The notes under the pieces: generated by a model
Told to the model about the DNA's origin: nothing
Databases searched by the model: none
What the model saw: the letters and a program-made list of their open reading frames with translations, nothing else
Assembly: GCA_052390615.1 (NCBI GenBank)
Contig: JBQTGT010000012.1
Span: 11,690 to 75,689 of the forward strand
Length of the DNA: 64,000 nucleotides
Direction: 5' to 3'
Origin: Actinomycetota bacterium
GTDB taxonomy: Bacteria > Actinomycetota > Acidimicrobiia > IMCC26256 > PALSA-610
In this document: one piece after another, positions 46,752 through 56,356 of the stretch
Layout of the letters: every line of letters starts with the position of its first letter
Position numbering within the stretch: position 1 is the stretch's first letter
Made by a program: the position numbers and the translations under genes

Positions 46752-47369
46752 CTAGGCGAGCTGGAGGTCGAAGGTGCGGGCGCGGTCGAAGCGGCCGGCG
46801 ATGTCGGACCAGTTGACGACGTTCCAGATCGCTTCGACGTAGTCGGCGCGGCGGTTCTCGTACTGCAGGTAGTACGCGTGCTCCCACGCGTCGAGCACCA
46901 ACAGCAACACGCCACCCTGACCGACGTTGCCCTGGTGGTCATAGATCTGTTCTACGAGCAGGCGTTGCCCGAGCGGTTCCCACGACAGCGCGCCCCACCC
47001 CGACCCCTGCACGGTGGTGGTCGCTTCGGTGAGGAGCCGTCGGAACCCGTCGAAGCCGCCAAAGCTGTCGTCGATCGCGGCGGCCAGCTCACCGGTTGGG
47101 CGGCCGCCGCCATCGGGTGAGAGGTTCTGCCAAAACAGCGTGTGCAAGACATGACCCGACAGATTGAACGCCAAGGTCTTCTCCAGACCGACGATCGCGC
47201 TCAGATCGCCGGATTCGCGCGCCGCGGCCAGCTTGTCGACCGCCGCGTTGAGGCCCTTCACGTACGCGGCGTGGTGTTTGGCGTGGTGCAGCTCGAGCAC
47301 GCGCGCCGAATAGTGGGGCTCGAGCGCGGCGTAGTCGTAGGTGAGGTCGGGGAGTTCGTAGGGCTTCAT
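46752..47369 (-). CDS. sodA: Fe/Mn superoxide dismutase
   Basis: 205-aa ORF with [24 protein letters not shown] and DAWEHAYYL motifs. Confidence 0.97.
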   Translation of the reverse strand: MKPYELPDLTYDYAALEPHYSARVLELHHAKHHAAYVKGLNAAVDKLAAARESGDLSAIVGLEKTLAFNLSGHVLHTLFWQNLSPDGGGRPTGELAAAIDDSFGGFDGFRRLLTEATTTVQGSGWGALSWEPLGQRLLVEQIYDHQGNVGQGGVLLLVLDAWEHAYYLQYENRRADYVEAIWNVVNWSDIAGRFDRARTFDLQLA

Positions 47370-47452
47370 GAGACTCCAATCACGGTGCGATCCAGTGGTG
47401 TTGTACCCGCCCGGCTTGACCGGGACGCCTGCGCCGCCTACATACCGGCTCC

Positions 47453-48826
47453 ATGGCCGATCTCGCGAGCAGGCTGGCGGAGGTAGTCGGCGCAGAGCAC
47501 GTGCTCGTCGGTGACGCCATCTCCGAGGACTACACGCACGACGAAGCGCTCACCGCGCGGCCGGTGCGACCGCGGGCGGTCGTCCGGCCTGCCGACGCGC
47601 GGCAGGTCGCGGCGCTGCTGCGAGTCGCCGACGAGCTGCGCGTGCCCGTCACCGCCCGAGGAGCGGGCACGGGACTGTCGGGCGCGTGCATCCCGCTCGC
47701 CGACGGCATCGTCTGCTCGCTCGAACGGATGAACCACATTCTCGAGATCGACATCGAGAACTACGTCGCGGTAGTACAGCCGGGCGTGACGCTCGACCAG
47801 CTCGACGAGGCGCTCGCGCCGTTCGGTCTCGTCTATCCCGTGTGTCCCGGCGAGAACAGCGCGTCGCTCGGTGGCAACGTGGCGACGAACGCGGGCGGGA
47901 TGCGGGCAGTGAAGTACGGCGTGACCCGTCACCAAGTGCTCAGCATCGAGGCCGCGCTCGCGACGGGTGAGGTGATCCGCAGCGGCGGCAAGTTCGTCAA
48001 GGCGACGACCGGTTACGACTTGACCCAACTCGTGATCGGCTCCGAAGGCACACTCGCGATCGTCACCGAAGCCATCCTCAAGCTGTACCCGCGTCCACCC
48101 TACGACGCGACGGTGCTCGTTCCGTTCCTGTCGCTCGAAAACGTCTCGGCCGCGGTGCCAAGGATTGTGCGCAGCGGCGTGAATCCGCTGATCCTCGAGT
48201 ACGTCGACGGCACGGGCATGTCGCTGCTCGCTGCCAACGTCGGGTTGGACCTCGGGATCCCCGAGGCCGTGCAACAGGCCGCGGCCGCGTACTTGATCGT
48301 CGTGCTCGAAGGCCACCACGAGTCGCGAGTCGAAGACGATCTCGCCGCCCTTGCCGCGCTGCTCGCCGAGCTGGGCGCACTCGACGTGTACGTGCTGCCC
48401 TCGCGGCAGGGCGCGTTGCTCATCGAAGCGCGCGAGAAGGCGTTCTGGGTCGTCAAGCAGATGGGCGCCAACGACATCGTCGATGTCGTCGTGCCCCGCG
48501 CCTCCGTGCCCGACTACCTCGCCAAGGTGCGCGCGATCGGCGAGGAGCACGGCACGTTCATCGGCGCCGCCGGTCATGCCGGTGACGGCAACATTCACCT
48601 TTCGGTGTTCCAGGCCGACGATGCGGTCCGCAAGACTGTGATGCGCGCCATCCTCCACGCCGGCATCGCGCTGGGCGGCGCCATCTCGGCCGAACACGGC
48701 ATCGGCACCGAGAAGAAGGAGTATTTCCTCGAACTCGAGGATCCGGCCAAGATCGCGTTGATGCGCCGGATCAAGACCGCCTTCGACCCCAACGGCATTC
48801 TTAACCCCGGCACCCTGCTCGACTGA
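47453..48826 (+). CDS. FAD-linked oxidase (GlcD/D-lactate dehydrogenase-like)
   Basis: 457-aa ORF containing [12 protein letters not shown] (FAD_binding_4) and C-terminal ISAEHGIG...[10 protein letters not shown]. Confidence 0.9.
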   Translation: MADLASRLAEVVGAEHVLVGDAISEDYTHDEALTARPVRPRAVVRPADARQVAALLRVADELRVPVTARGAGTGLSGACIPLADGIVCSLERMNHILEIDIENYVAVVQPGVTLDQLDEALAPFGLVYPVCPGENSASLGGNVATNAGGMRAVKYGVTRHQVLSIEAALATGEVIRSGGKFVKATTGYDLTQLVIGSEGTLAIVTEAILKLYPRPPYDATVLVPFLSLENVSAAVPRIVRSGVNPLILEYVDGTGMSLLAANVGLDLGIPEAVQQAAAAYLIVVLEGHHESRVEDDLAALAALLAELGALDVYVLPSRQGALLIEAREKAFWVVKQMGANDIVDVVVPRASVPDYLAKVRAIGEEHGTFIGAAGHAGDGNIHLSVFQADDAVRKTVMRAILHAGIALGGAISAEHGIGTEKKEYFLELEDPAKIALMRRIKTAFDPNGILNPGTLLD

Positions 48827-48835
48827 GGAGCTCCG

Positions 48836-50392
48836 ATGAATGGCGCCCACGCGCTGATCCGCACACTCGTGGCCAACGGCGTCGACGTCTGCTTCGCGAA
48901 CCCGGGGACGTCCGAAATGCAGTTCGTCGCCGCCCTCGACGACGTCCCCCAGATGCGCGCCGTGCTCGCGTTGTTCGAGGGGGTCGCAACGGGCGCGGCC
49001 GACGGCTACGCGCGCATGGCCGACCGGCCCGCGGCGACGCTGTTGCACCTCGGCCCCGGACTCGGCAACGGCATCGCCAACCTGCACAACGCCCGCCGCG
49101 CGCGGACGCCGATCGTCAACATCGTGGGCGATCACGCGACGTATCACCGCGGGTTCGACGCGCCCCTCGGTTCGGACATCGAGACGCTGGCGCGCAACGT
49201 CTCGGGATGGATCCGCGACACGACGCGACCTGCAGACGTGAGACGGGATGCCGCGGATGCGGTCGCGGCCGCGCTCGGCCCGCCCGGTCAGGTCGCGACC
49301 ATGATCCTGCCCGCGGACACGACCTGGCTCGAAGCGGGCGACGCCGCCCCGGCGCGCGCGCCGACCGTGGTGCGCCGCGAGGTGAGCGCTGACGTCGTCG
49401 ACGTCATTGCCAAGGCGCTGCGCAGTGGCGAGCCGACTGCGCTGCTGCTCGGTGGCAGCGCGTTGCGGGAACGTGGGCTGCGGGCGGCGAGTCGCGTCGC
49501 GCAGGCCGCGGCCGCGAAGTTGTTGTGCGAGGTGTTCCCGGCGCGCCTCGAGCGCGGCGCGGGACTGCCGACGGTCGAACGGCTCGGTTACTTCGCCGAG
49601 TTCGCGATGGCGCAACTCGCGGGAATCCGCCACCTTGTGCTCATTGACACCAAGGCCCCGGTCTCGTTCTTCGCGTACCCCGACAAGCCCAGCCTCCTTG
49701 TCCCCGACGACTGCGAAGTTCACGTGCTTGCGGCCGACGCGGACGACGCGCCGCTGGCGATGGAGCATCTCGCCGACGCGCTCGGCGCGGACGCGGACGC
49801 GATCCTCCAGCCCGCCGTCCGACCCGAGCGCCCGACGGGCGCGCTGAGCGCGCAGACGGTCGCCGAAGCCATCGGCGCGGTGTTGCCCGAGGGAGTGATC
49901 GTCGCGGACGAAGCGCAGACCGGCGGTCTGTTCGTCTCGGGCGCGACCGCGGGCGTGCCCCGACACGATTGGCTCACGCTCACGGGTGGGTCGATCGGCC
50001 TCGGCCTTCCGCTCGCGACCGGCGCCGCGGTCGCCTGTCCGGACCGGCCGGTGCTGTGCCTGCAAGCCGACGGCAGCGCGATGTACACGCTGCAAGCGCT
50101 GTGGACGCAAGCACGCGAAGGACTCGACGTGACCACCGTTCTCTTCGACAATCGTTCGTACGCAATCTTGCACATCGAGCTCGGGCGGGTCGGCGCCGGC
50201 GCCGGTGGGCCACGCGCCCGATCGCTGCTCGACCTGTCGAATCCCGACCTCGACTTCGTTGCCCTCGCGCGTGGGATGGGTGTCGACGCGGCGCGCGCAC
50301 AGGATTCCGAGGACTTGGCCGCGCGGATCGAGCGGGCGTTCGTCGAACCCGGGCCGCACGTGATCGTGGTGCCGCTGTCGCCTCGACTCTAG
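48836..50392 (+). CDS. Thiamine-pyrophosphate-binding enzyme (acetolactate synthase large subunit-like)
   Basis: 518-aa ORF with N-terminal ...GVDVCFANPGTSEM...GYARM... and a C-terminal TPP motif GSIGLGLPLATGAA...DGSAMYT. Confidence 0.9.
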   Translation: MNGAHALIRTLVANGVDVCFANPGTSEMQFVAALDDVPQMRAVLALFEGVATGAADGYARMADRPAATLLHLGPGLGNGIANLHNARRARTPIVNIVGDHATYHRGFDAPLGSDIETLARNVSGWIRDTTRPADVRRDAADAVAAALGPPGQVATMILPADTTWLEAGDAAPARAPTVVRREVSADVVDVIAKALRSGEPTALLLGGSALRERGLRAASRVAQAAAAKLLCEVFPARLERGAGLPTVERLGYFAEFAMAQLAGIRHLVLIDTKAPVSFFAYPDKPSLLVPDDCEVHVLAADADDAPLAMEHLADALGADADAILQPAVRPERPTGALSAQTVAEAIGAVLPEGVIVADEAQTGGLFVSGATAGVPRHDWLTLTGGSIGLGLPLATGAAVACPDRPVLCLQADGSAMYTLQALWTQAREGLDVTTVLFDNRSYAILHIELGRVGAGAGGPRARSLLDLSNPDLDFVALARGMGVDAARAQDSEDLAARIERAFVEPGPHVIVVPLSPRL

Positions 50393-51291
50393 GCGGGCGG
50401 CGGTGTGGGAGCGGGCGCGGCGTCGAACCGCGAGATCCGGCGCACGACCGGGATCACCAGGATCGAACCGACCGCGAGCGCGACCGCGCCGATGGCGATG
50501 AACGTGGCGCCGCTCCGGACTTGGGAAGCGTCGGCGAACTCGTCGCCGTATTGCGCACCGCCCGCCAGGAGCATGACCTGACCCGAGACGACGAGCACCC
50601 ACCAAAGATTGCTGGTCAGCGGGAGCGGTGCGTGCGGCCACATCGGGATCCGCCCGACCGCGGCCGAGTGCGCGATCTTCTCGTTCTCGCGAAAGACCAA
50701 CCACGGAATGACCATGTTCGCGAGCGGGATGAACCAGCCGCCGACGGCCCAACCCGGCGACCACCGGCGACCGACCGCGTTGTGCCGCGCGGCAGAACGT
50801 GCGACTTGGTACAACCAGACGATGAGCAAGATGACGAGCGTCGAGACGCTGAGGAACGCCAGCACCCGCGTCGCGCTCAGCACATCGTCGGCGTCTTGGA
50901 ACTCCTGGTCGTCGGTGAAGAGGTTGCCGCCGACCAAGTCGTCGAACGCGGACCGCGCCGCGATCGACGCGAGTAGGACAAATGCGTAGAGTGCCGCCGC
51001 GATCCCTGCCATCACTTGGATCCACTGCGCCAGGGTTCGACTCGCGGGTGGCACGACGGGCGCCGCGTACATCGCGGGTGGCGACCACGCGTACACCGGC
51101 GGTTGGTGCGACGCGTCGGGCGAACCCGTCGGTGGGGGCGGGGGCGGCGCGCCCGGCGCACTCCACGACGACGCCGGTGTCGGTGCGGGCGCGGGCTCGG
51201 TCCAGCCGCCCAGCGCGCGCCCACAGTTCCCGCAGAAGGAGGCCCCCTCGGGGCGTGGTGTCCCGCATTGGGGGCAGAAGTTCGGCACCAA
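50389..51291 (-). CDS. Zinc-ribbon plus DUF4328-like membrane protein
   Basis: N-terminal CPQCG...CGNCG, a Pro-rich linker, then a TM domain with ...WAVGGWFIPLANMVIPW... typical of DUF4328. The start is TTG 51291 or GTG 51288. Confidence 0.8.
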   Translation of the reverse strand: MVPNFCPQCGTPRPEGASFCGNCGRALGGWTEPAPAPTPASSWSAPGAPPPPPPTGSPDASHQPPVYAWSPPAMYAAPVVPPASRTLAQWIQVMAGIAAALYAFVLLASIAARSAFDDLVGGNLFTDDQEFQDADDVLSATRVLAFLSVSTLVILLIVWLYQVARSAARHNAVGRRWSPGWAVGGWFIPLANMVIPWLVFRENEKIAHSAAVGRIPMWPHAPLPLTSNLWWVLVVSGQVMLLAGGAQYGDEFADASQVRSGATFIAIGAVALAVGSILVIPVVRRISRFDAAPAPTPPPA

Positions 51292-51350
51292 CGCCGATTG
51301 TACGGCGACGGCGGTTCGTGAGTAGGAGCGCCCGAGGCTCGCCTCGTGCC

Positions 51351-52367
51351 CTACGGCAACAGCAGGTGGACGTCACCGAACTCGTGCCAGAGGTAGTCCC
51401 GCGCAGCCGCGGCCGCGTACGAAACGTCGAGGACGTCACGCCCACTGACGGCCTCGAGCATAAGGAGGTGCGGCCCCTCCGACTCGTGCCAACCGGTGAG
51501 CATCCCGTCGACGGCGCGCACGCCGCGCTCGGCTGTCACGACGAGGTCGGTCCAGCCGTCGCCGGGATGTACCGCACCGTCGACGTCGGCGACGGTCTCG
51601 AGCGCTCGTACGACCGTCGTCCCCACGGCGATGACGCGACCGCCGTCACGGCGGGTCTGGTTCAGGCGTGACGCCGTCGAGCGGGGAACGCGGTACCACT
51701 CGGGGTACGGCTGCTCGTGCGCCTCGAGCGAGGAGACGCCGGTATGGAGCACGACCGGCGCGACACCGACACCCTTGGCGACGAGCCGGGTCATCAGCTC
51801 CGGTGTGAACGGCCGCCCTGCGCTCGGCATCTCCGCACTGCCGGGCTCGCGCGCGTACACGTTCTGGTACACAGCGAGCGGCCAATCGCGCGTGACGTAG
51901 CCGTAGCGAATCGGCCGTCCGTGCACGGTGAGGAACGTCAGAAGCGGCGCGGGAACATCCAATGTCGCGAGCCACAGCCGCCGTGACTTCGCGTACCGCG
52001 TGACGAGTTGGATCGTACCGCCGCCGACGAGCCGCAGCCGCGTGCCGGGCGGGTCCTCGAACCAGGGTTCGGTCGCGCCGGCGTTCGGTCGTCGCAGCTC
52101 GACCAACCACAGGTCTGCCGGTAGCCGCTGCGACAGATGGACGACGAGCGGAGAACCGTCCTCACCGAGCGCGTCGAGTGCCGCCGCCAACGTGCCGGAA
52201 GTGTTCACGACGACGAGGTCGCCTTCGTCGAGGTACTGCGGCAAGTCGTGGGCGTGCGCGTGGACGACGCAAAGATCGTGCCGGTACGCGACCATCATGC
52301 GGACGGCGTCGCGCGTGATGCCGCGCGCCTCGGCCGGTGCGCTCGCCTCGCGCACCGCCGTGATCAC
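51351..52367 (-). CDS. queA: S-adenosylmethionine:tRNA ribosyltransferase-isomerase
   Basis: 338-aa ORF containing ...GDLVVVNTS..., ...GSAEMPSAGRPFT..., ...LHTGVSS... and ...VIAVGTTVVRALE.... Confidence 0.85.
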   Translation of the reverse strand: MITAVREASAPAEARGITRDAVRMMVAYRHDLCVVHAHAHDLPQYLDEGDLVVVNTSGTLAAALDALGEDGSPLVVHLSQRLPADLWLVELRRPNAGATEPWFEDPPGTRLRLVGGGTIQLVTRYAKSRRLWLATLDVPAPLLTFLTVHGRPIRYGYVTRDWPLAVYQNVYAREPGSAEMPSAGRPFTPELMTRLVAKGVGVAPVVLHTGVSSLEAHEQPYPEWYRVPRSTASRLNQTRRDGGRVIAVGTTVVRALETVADVDGAVHPGDGWTDLVVTAERGVRAVDGMLTGWHESEGPHLLMLEAVSGRDVLDVSYAAAAARDYLWHEFGDVHLLLP

Positions 52368-53059
52368 CGGACCAGCTCCGCGGACTTGAAGCGGCCACTC
52401 GGTGGTCGCTCGTCGATGAGCGCCACGAGCGACGGAACCACGGACTCAGGTGCGGGGCGGTCGGAGATGTCCTCGCCCGGGAACGCATCCTGGTGCATCT
52501 GCGTGCGCATGTCACCGGGATCGAACGTGTACACCCGGACATCTGGTTCCTCGGCGCCGAGCACGATGCCCCACTGCTCGAGCGCGGCCTTCGAGGACCC
52601 GTAGCCGCCCCAGCCTTCGTACGGCTCGACCGCGGCATCCGACGTCACGTTGACGATCGTGCCGCGGGTGCGACGCAGGAGGGGGAGCGCGCGTTGCACG
52701 AGCGCGAGCGGTGCGACGACGTTGACGTCGTAGACGGCGCGCAGCACGTCGATCGGGTAGTACGCCAACGGCGGCTGCGGCGACGGGCCGAGCACGCTCG
52801 CGTTGTTGACGAGGAGATCGAGCCGCCCGAACTCCTCGGCCTCCTGCACGAGGGCCTCGCGGTGCTCGGCATCGGCGACGTCGCCCGCGATCGCGCGCAC
52901 GGTCGTTGTGGTCGCGAGCTCGGCGGCGACATCGGCGAGGGGGAGCCCGCCCCGAGCGTCGAGCACGAGCGTGCATCCCGTGCGGGCCAGCTCGCGTGCG
53001 ATCGCGAGGCCGAGGCCGCGGGAGGCGCCGGTGATGAGGGCAACCGGGCTGGTGGTCAT
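52364..53059 (-). CDS. SDR family oxidoreductase
   Basis: ATG 53059 has GGAAGGAAGGAGG upstream. Contains ALITGASRGLG, NNASV and a YGSSK catalytic motif. Track ORF 52364-53155 is over-extended. Confidence 0.9.
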   Translation of the reverse strand: MTTSPVALITGASRGLGLAIARELARTGCTLVLDARGGLPLADVAAELATTTTVRAIAGDVADAEHREALVQEAEEFGRLDLLVNNASVLGPSPQPPLAYYPIDVLRAVYDVNVVAPLALVQRALPLLRRTRGTIVNVTSDAAVEPYEGWGGYGSSKAALEQWGIVLGAEEPDVRVYTFDPGDMRTQMHQDAFPGEDISDRPAPESVVPSLVALIDERPPSGRFKSAELVR

Positions 53060-53143
53060 GACGGCCTCCTTCCTTCCCCGCAGTATCGCCCCGCCGCCCG
53101 AATAACGCAAGTAAGACCTTGCGATATTGAGATGGCCCCAAAC

Positions 53144-53184
53144 CTGCGCCGCCAACCGGGAACTATCCGGGTTTCGCGGCGCAG
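53144..53184 (-). repeat. Conserved hairpin element, copy C
   Basis: The minus strand reads CTGCGCCGC-GAAACCCGGATAGTTCCCGGTTG-GCGGCGCAG. It starts 29 nt after the acyl-CoA dehydrogenase stop (53214). Confidence 0.85.
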
Positions 53185-53213
53185 CTATGAGCGGCGACGG
53201 CGCGGGAAGCGTG

Positions 53214-54419
53214 TCAGCGCTCGAGCTTGAGGGCGCGGTCGGCGATGATGTTCTTTTGGACCTCGGTCGGGCCCGCGCCGATCGTCGTGTAGCGCTGCCA
53301 CACGTAGTTGCGGGCCCAGACGCCGCCGTCGATCGCGCCCGGCGCGCCCTTCAACAACGTGCCCGTCGGGCCGAGGATGTCGAGCGCGAGCTCGGCGAGC
53401 CACAGCGAGATGTAGCCCCACTGCAGCTTGGCGAGCGGAACCTCGGGCCAGCCCTTCTCGCCCTTCAGCACCTTGGACAGAGCGCGCGCGAGCAACAAGC
53501 GCGTGTACTCGATCTGCGTGTGCAGCCGCGCCACTCGCTCGCGGATCGCCGGGTCGCGCAGCGCGTCAGGGTTCTCGGCCTTCGCGGTTTGCAGCAGTCG
53601 GCGAAGATCCTGCGCCATCGAGATCGCCTGGCCGGCGCTGCCGACACGCTCCTGACCGAGCGCGCCCATCGACACCAACCAGCCGTTGCCCTCGTCGCCG
53701 AGCCGATCGCCGGCCGACACCTCGACATCGGTGAAGAACACCTCGCAAAACAGCGAGTCGCCCGTGATCTCGCGAATCGGCCGGATGTCGATGCCGGGCA
53801 GCTTCATGTCCACGATGAATGCGGTGATCCCCTCGTGCTTCACGCCGCGCGAGATCGCAGTCGGGTCGGTGCGGAACAGGAACAGGCCCCACTTCGCGAT
53901 CTGCGCGGAGGAGATCCAGATCTTCTGACCGTTGACGACGTAGCGCGAACCGTCGTCGGAGAGGAGCGCGATGGTGCGCAGGTTGGCGAGGTCGGAGCCG
54001 GCCTGCGGCTCGCTGAACCCTTGGCACCAGTGCTCGCTCGCGTCGAGGATCCCCGGAAGCCAACGCGCTTTTTGGTCGTCGGTCCCCCAACCGATGATCG
54101 ACGGTCCGATCTGCACGATGCCGTTGGCGTTGTAGATGCCGGGCGTGCGGTACTTCGCCATCACCTGGGTATAGATGACTTGCTGCGCCGTCGTCGCGGC
54201 GCGGCCGCCCCACCCCTCGGGCCACAGGATCGCGGCCCACCGACCTTCGTTCAGTTTGTGTTGCCACGCCTTGCGCTTGTCCATCACGCCCATGACACCG
54301 CGCGACGGCTCGAGATCGTCGTCGGACCACTGCTCGACGAAGGCGGGCAGCTCCTTGTCGAGGAACGCTTCGAGTTCGTCCTTGAACGCGACGTCCGCGG
54401 TCGACCACGAGAAGTCCAT
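53214..54419 (-). CDS. Acyl-CoA dehydrogenase family protein
   Basis: 401 codons from ATG 54419 (MDFSWSTADVAFKDELEAFL...). ...CQGFSEPQAGSD... and ...GQKIWIS... motifs are present. Track ORF 53214-55070 is over-extended. Confidence 0.93.
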   Translation of the reverse strand: MDFSWSTADVAFKDELEAFLDKELPAFVEQWSDDDLEPSRGVMGVMDKRKAWQHKLNEGRWAAILWPEGWGGRAATTAQQVIYTQVMAKYRTPGIYNANGIVQIGPSIIGWGTDDQKARWLPGILDASEHWCQGFSEPQAGSDLANLRTIALLSDDGSRYVVNGQKIWISSAQIAKWGLFLFRTDPTAISRGVKHEGITAFIVDMKLPGIDIRPIREITGDSLFCEVFFTDVEVSAGDRLGDEGNGWLVSMGALGQERVGSAGQAISMAQDLRRLLQTAKAENPDALRDPAIRERVARLHTQIEYTRLLLARALSKVLKGEKGWPEVPLAKLQWGYISLWLAELALDILGPTGTLLKGAPGAIDGGVWARNYVWQRYTTIGAGPTEVQKNIIADRALKLER

Positions 54420-54426
54420 AGTGAAA

Positions 54427-54442
54427 CTGACATTAGCGTCAG
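54427..54442 (+). promoter_or_regulatory. Dyad CTGAC-ATTAGC-GTCAG (copy 3 of 3)
   Basis: It occupies the centre of the 43-bp gap between the divergent acyl-CoA dehydrogenase genes. It ends exactly 20 nt before ATG 54463 and starts 7 nt after the minus-strand ATG (54419). Confidence 0.5.
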
Positions 54443-54462
54443 GTCGAGATACCGTTTTCCCG

Positions 54463-55560
54463 ATGGACTTCGTCTTTTCCGCCGACCAGGACGCGCTGCG
54501 CGCCGCCGTCCGCAGCTTCCTCGCCGCGGAGTCGCCCAAGGCGTACGTGCGCCGGATGGCGGAGCACGACGACGCCGGCATCACGCCTGCCGTGTGGGGC
54601 CAGATCGTGGACCTGGGGTGGACGGGCGTGCTCGTGCCCGAGGAGCACGGCGGGCTCGGCCTCGGTTTGGTCGACGCCGTCGTCGTGCAAGAGGAGATGG
54701 GCCGGGCGACGTTCCCAGGGCCGTACTTCTCTTGCGCGATCCTCGCGACGCTCGCCGCGCGCGCGCTCGGGTTGTCCGACCGGCTCGTCGCGCTCGCGGC
54801 AGGACGCGAGCGGGGCGCGGTCGCGCTCGAAGAGGCGGGAAGCGGCGATCCCGTCGATCGCGTGCGCGTCCGCGCCGAGGGGCGTGGTGCGCGCCACCGT
54901 ATCGAAGGAGTGAAGCCGATCGTGCTCGATGGGCACACGGCGGATTGGGTGCTCGTGCCCGCGCGCACGCGCGAGGGACTCCAGACCTTCCTCGTAGAAG
55001 CGCCCCCAGCCGAACTGGTACCGAGTCTCGACATCACGCGCAAGTTCGCGCGCTGCTCGTTCGACGGCACACCCGCGCTGCTGGTGGGGCCACCCGGCGA
55101 TCACACCGCGACGTGGCGGCGCATCGTCGACGACGCGGCCGTGCTCCTCGCTGCCGAACTCACGGGCGTGAGCGAAGCGGCGAACAAGAGCGCGCTCGAC
55201 TACGCGCAAGCGCGCGAAGTGTTCGGCCAGCCCCTGTCGAAGTTCCAGGTGACGCGCCACAAGGCCGTCGACATGCTGCACAAGATCGAGCTGGCCAAGG
55301 TCGGCGTGCACTACGCGGCGTGGGCCTCCGACGTCGACGCGCCCGACCGCGCGGCCGCGGCCGCCATGGCGAAGTCATACGCGGCCGAAGCGGCGAACTA
55401 CATCGCGGCCGAGTGCATCCAAGTGCACGGCGGCGTGGGGTTCACGTGGGACTGTGACGCGCACGTATACCTCCGCCGGGCGAAGGTCAATGACCTGCTG
55501 TTGGGCGACCAGGCGTGGCACCGCACCCGCGTTGCGGACGAGTATTTCGCGGCGTTGTAG
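54463..55560 (+). CDS. Acyl-CoA dehydrogenase family protein
   Basis: 365 aa from ATG 54463 (MDFVFSADQDALRAAVRSFL...), with C-terminal ...ECIQVHGGVGFTWD.... Track ORF 54175-55560 is over-extended. Confidence 0.9.
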   Translation: MDFVFSADQDALRAAVRSFLAAESPKAYVRRMAEHDDAGITPAVWGQIVDLGWTGVLVPEEHGGLGLGLVDAVVVQEEMGRATFPGPYFSCAILATLAARALGLSDRLVALAAGRERGAVALEEAGSGDPVDRVRVRAEGRGARHRIEGVKPIVLDGHTADWVLVPARTREGLQTFLVEAPPAELVPSLDITRKFARCSFDGTPALLVGPPGDHTATWRRIVDDAAVLLAAELTGVSEAANKSALDYAQAREVFGQPLSKFQVTRHKAVDMLHKIELAKVGVHYAAWASDVDAPDRAAAAAMAKSYAAEAANYIAAECIQVHGGVGFTWDCDAHVYLRRAKVNDLLLGDQAWHRTRVADEYFAAL

Positions 55561-56232
55561 TCAGCGGTGGCGTAGCCGTGCCGCCACGATCGCGAGCATC
55601 GAGCAACCGAACAGAACGCCGCCGAGGAACGGCACGTTCGACTCCGATGGGTCGCGGCGAGCGGTCGCGACCTGGGCGTCGTCGAGCGCGATGGTCGGCG
55701 GAGCCGGAGTCGTCGCTGTCGTCGTCGAGAGCTCGGTGATCGGCGGCGCCGGCGGGATCGTCGTAGTCGTCGGGACGGACCCGTCGGGATGAAGCACGGG
55801 AAACACGCCGAACGTGATGTCCGCCAGCTTGGTCGTGCACGGGTCGTTGCAATGCAGTAGCTCGTACCAGCCCGGTTCGAGGTTGGGCAGCACGAACTCG
55901 ACGCGGGCACCGTGCGGACCGGTCACCCAGCCGGGTGACTCTTCGATCGGTTCGAGTTGCGTCGCGATCTGCCCCACCGGCTCTGCGTTGGCCGGAATAT
56001 TCATCCAAGGACCGAGGTAGGGCCACGGGACGATGTACGCGAAGTACGGGCCGTCATCGGGCGTTCCGAGCTGCGGGTTGTGCTCCCACGAGATGCCGGT
56101 GCGCGCGATGACGACGTCGCCCGGCCGATAGCCGTCACGGTCGAACGACCAAGTCGCGCCGCCGGCGGCCGCGGGCGGGGCCGACGATACAACTGCGTAC
56201 ACGACGACAAGGACTGTGAGGATGCGCTTCAT
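55561..56232 (-). CDS. Exported protein with a Thr/Pro linker and C-terminal TM anchor, unknown function
   Basis: 223-aa ORF with signal peptide MKRILTVLVVVYAVVSSAPPAAA, a globular ~140-aa domain, a TTTTIPPAPP linker and a terminal hydrophobic helix plus RLRHR. Confidence 0.7.
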   Translation of the reverse strand: MKRILTVLVVVYAVVSSAPPAAAGGATWSFDRDGYRPGDVVIARTGISWEHNPQLGTPDDGPYFAYIVPWPYLGPWMNIPANAEPVGQIATQLEPIEESPGWVTGPHGARVEFVLPNLEPGWYELLHCNDPCTTKLADITFGVFPVLHPDGSVPTTTTIPPAPPITELSTTTATTPAPPTIALDDAQVATARRDPSESNVPFLGGVLFGCSMLAIVAARLRHR

Positions 56233-56301
56233 CGCGAAGTTGGACGACCGCCGCCGCGAAACGGTTCAGTCGTGGAGGCCCACCGCTCGGGATGATGCAG
56301 T

Positions 56302-56352
56302 CCCGTTTGGTCACCGGGGTGCGGATTTCGAGGGGTCGCGTGACCAAACGGG
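56302..56352 (-). terminator. Hairpin immediately after the amidohydrolase stop
   Basis: CCCGTTTGGTCAC (56302-56314) pairs perfectly with GTGACCAAACGGG (56340-56352). The hairpin begins 4 nt after the stop codon at 56357 on the minus strand. Confidence 0.55.
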
Positions 56353-56356
56353 GGAG

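Noticed and set aside
47438-51445. A 1335-aa ORF on the minus strand spanning four annotated genes
   Set aside because: The product is Arg/Gly/Pro-rich with no domain-like segments. It is antisense to three well-supported plus-strand genes (FAD oxidase, TPP enzyme) and out of frame with the DUF4328 gene. This is a typical stop-poor shadow frame of high-GC DNA.
53127-55457. A 776-aa plus-strand ORF across both acyl-CoA dehydrogenase genes
   Set aside because: It is antisense or out of frame to two genes with clear ACAD motifs, and its translation is Arg-rich.
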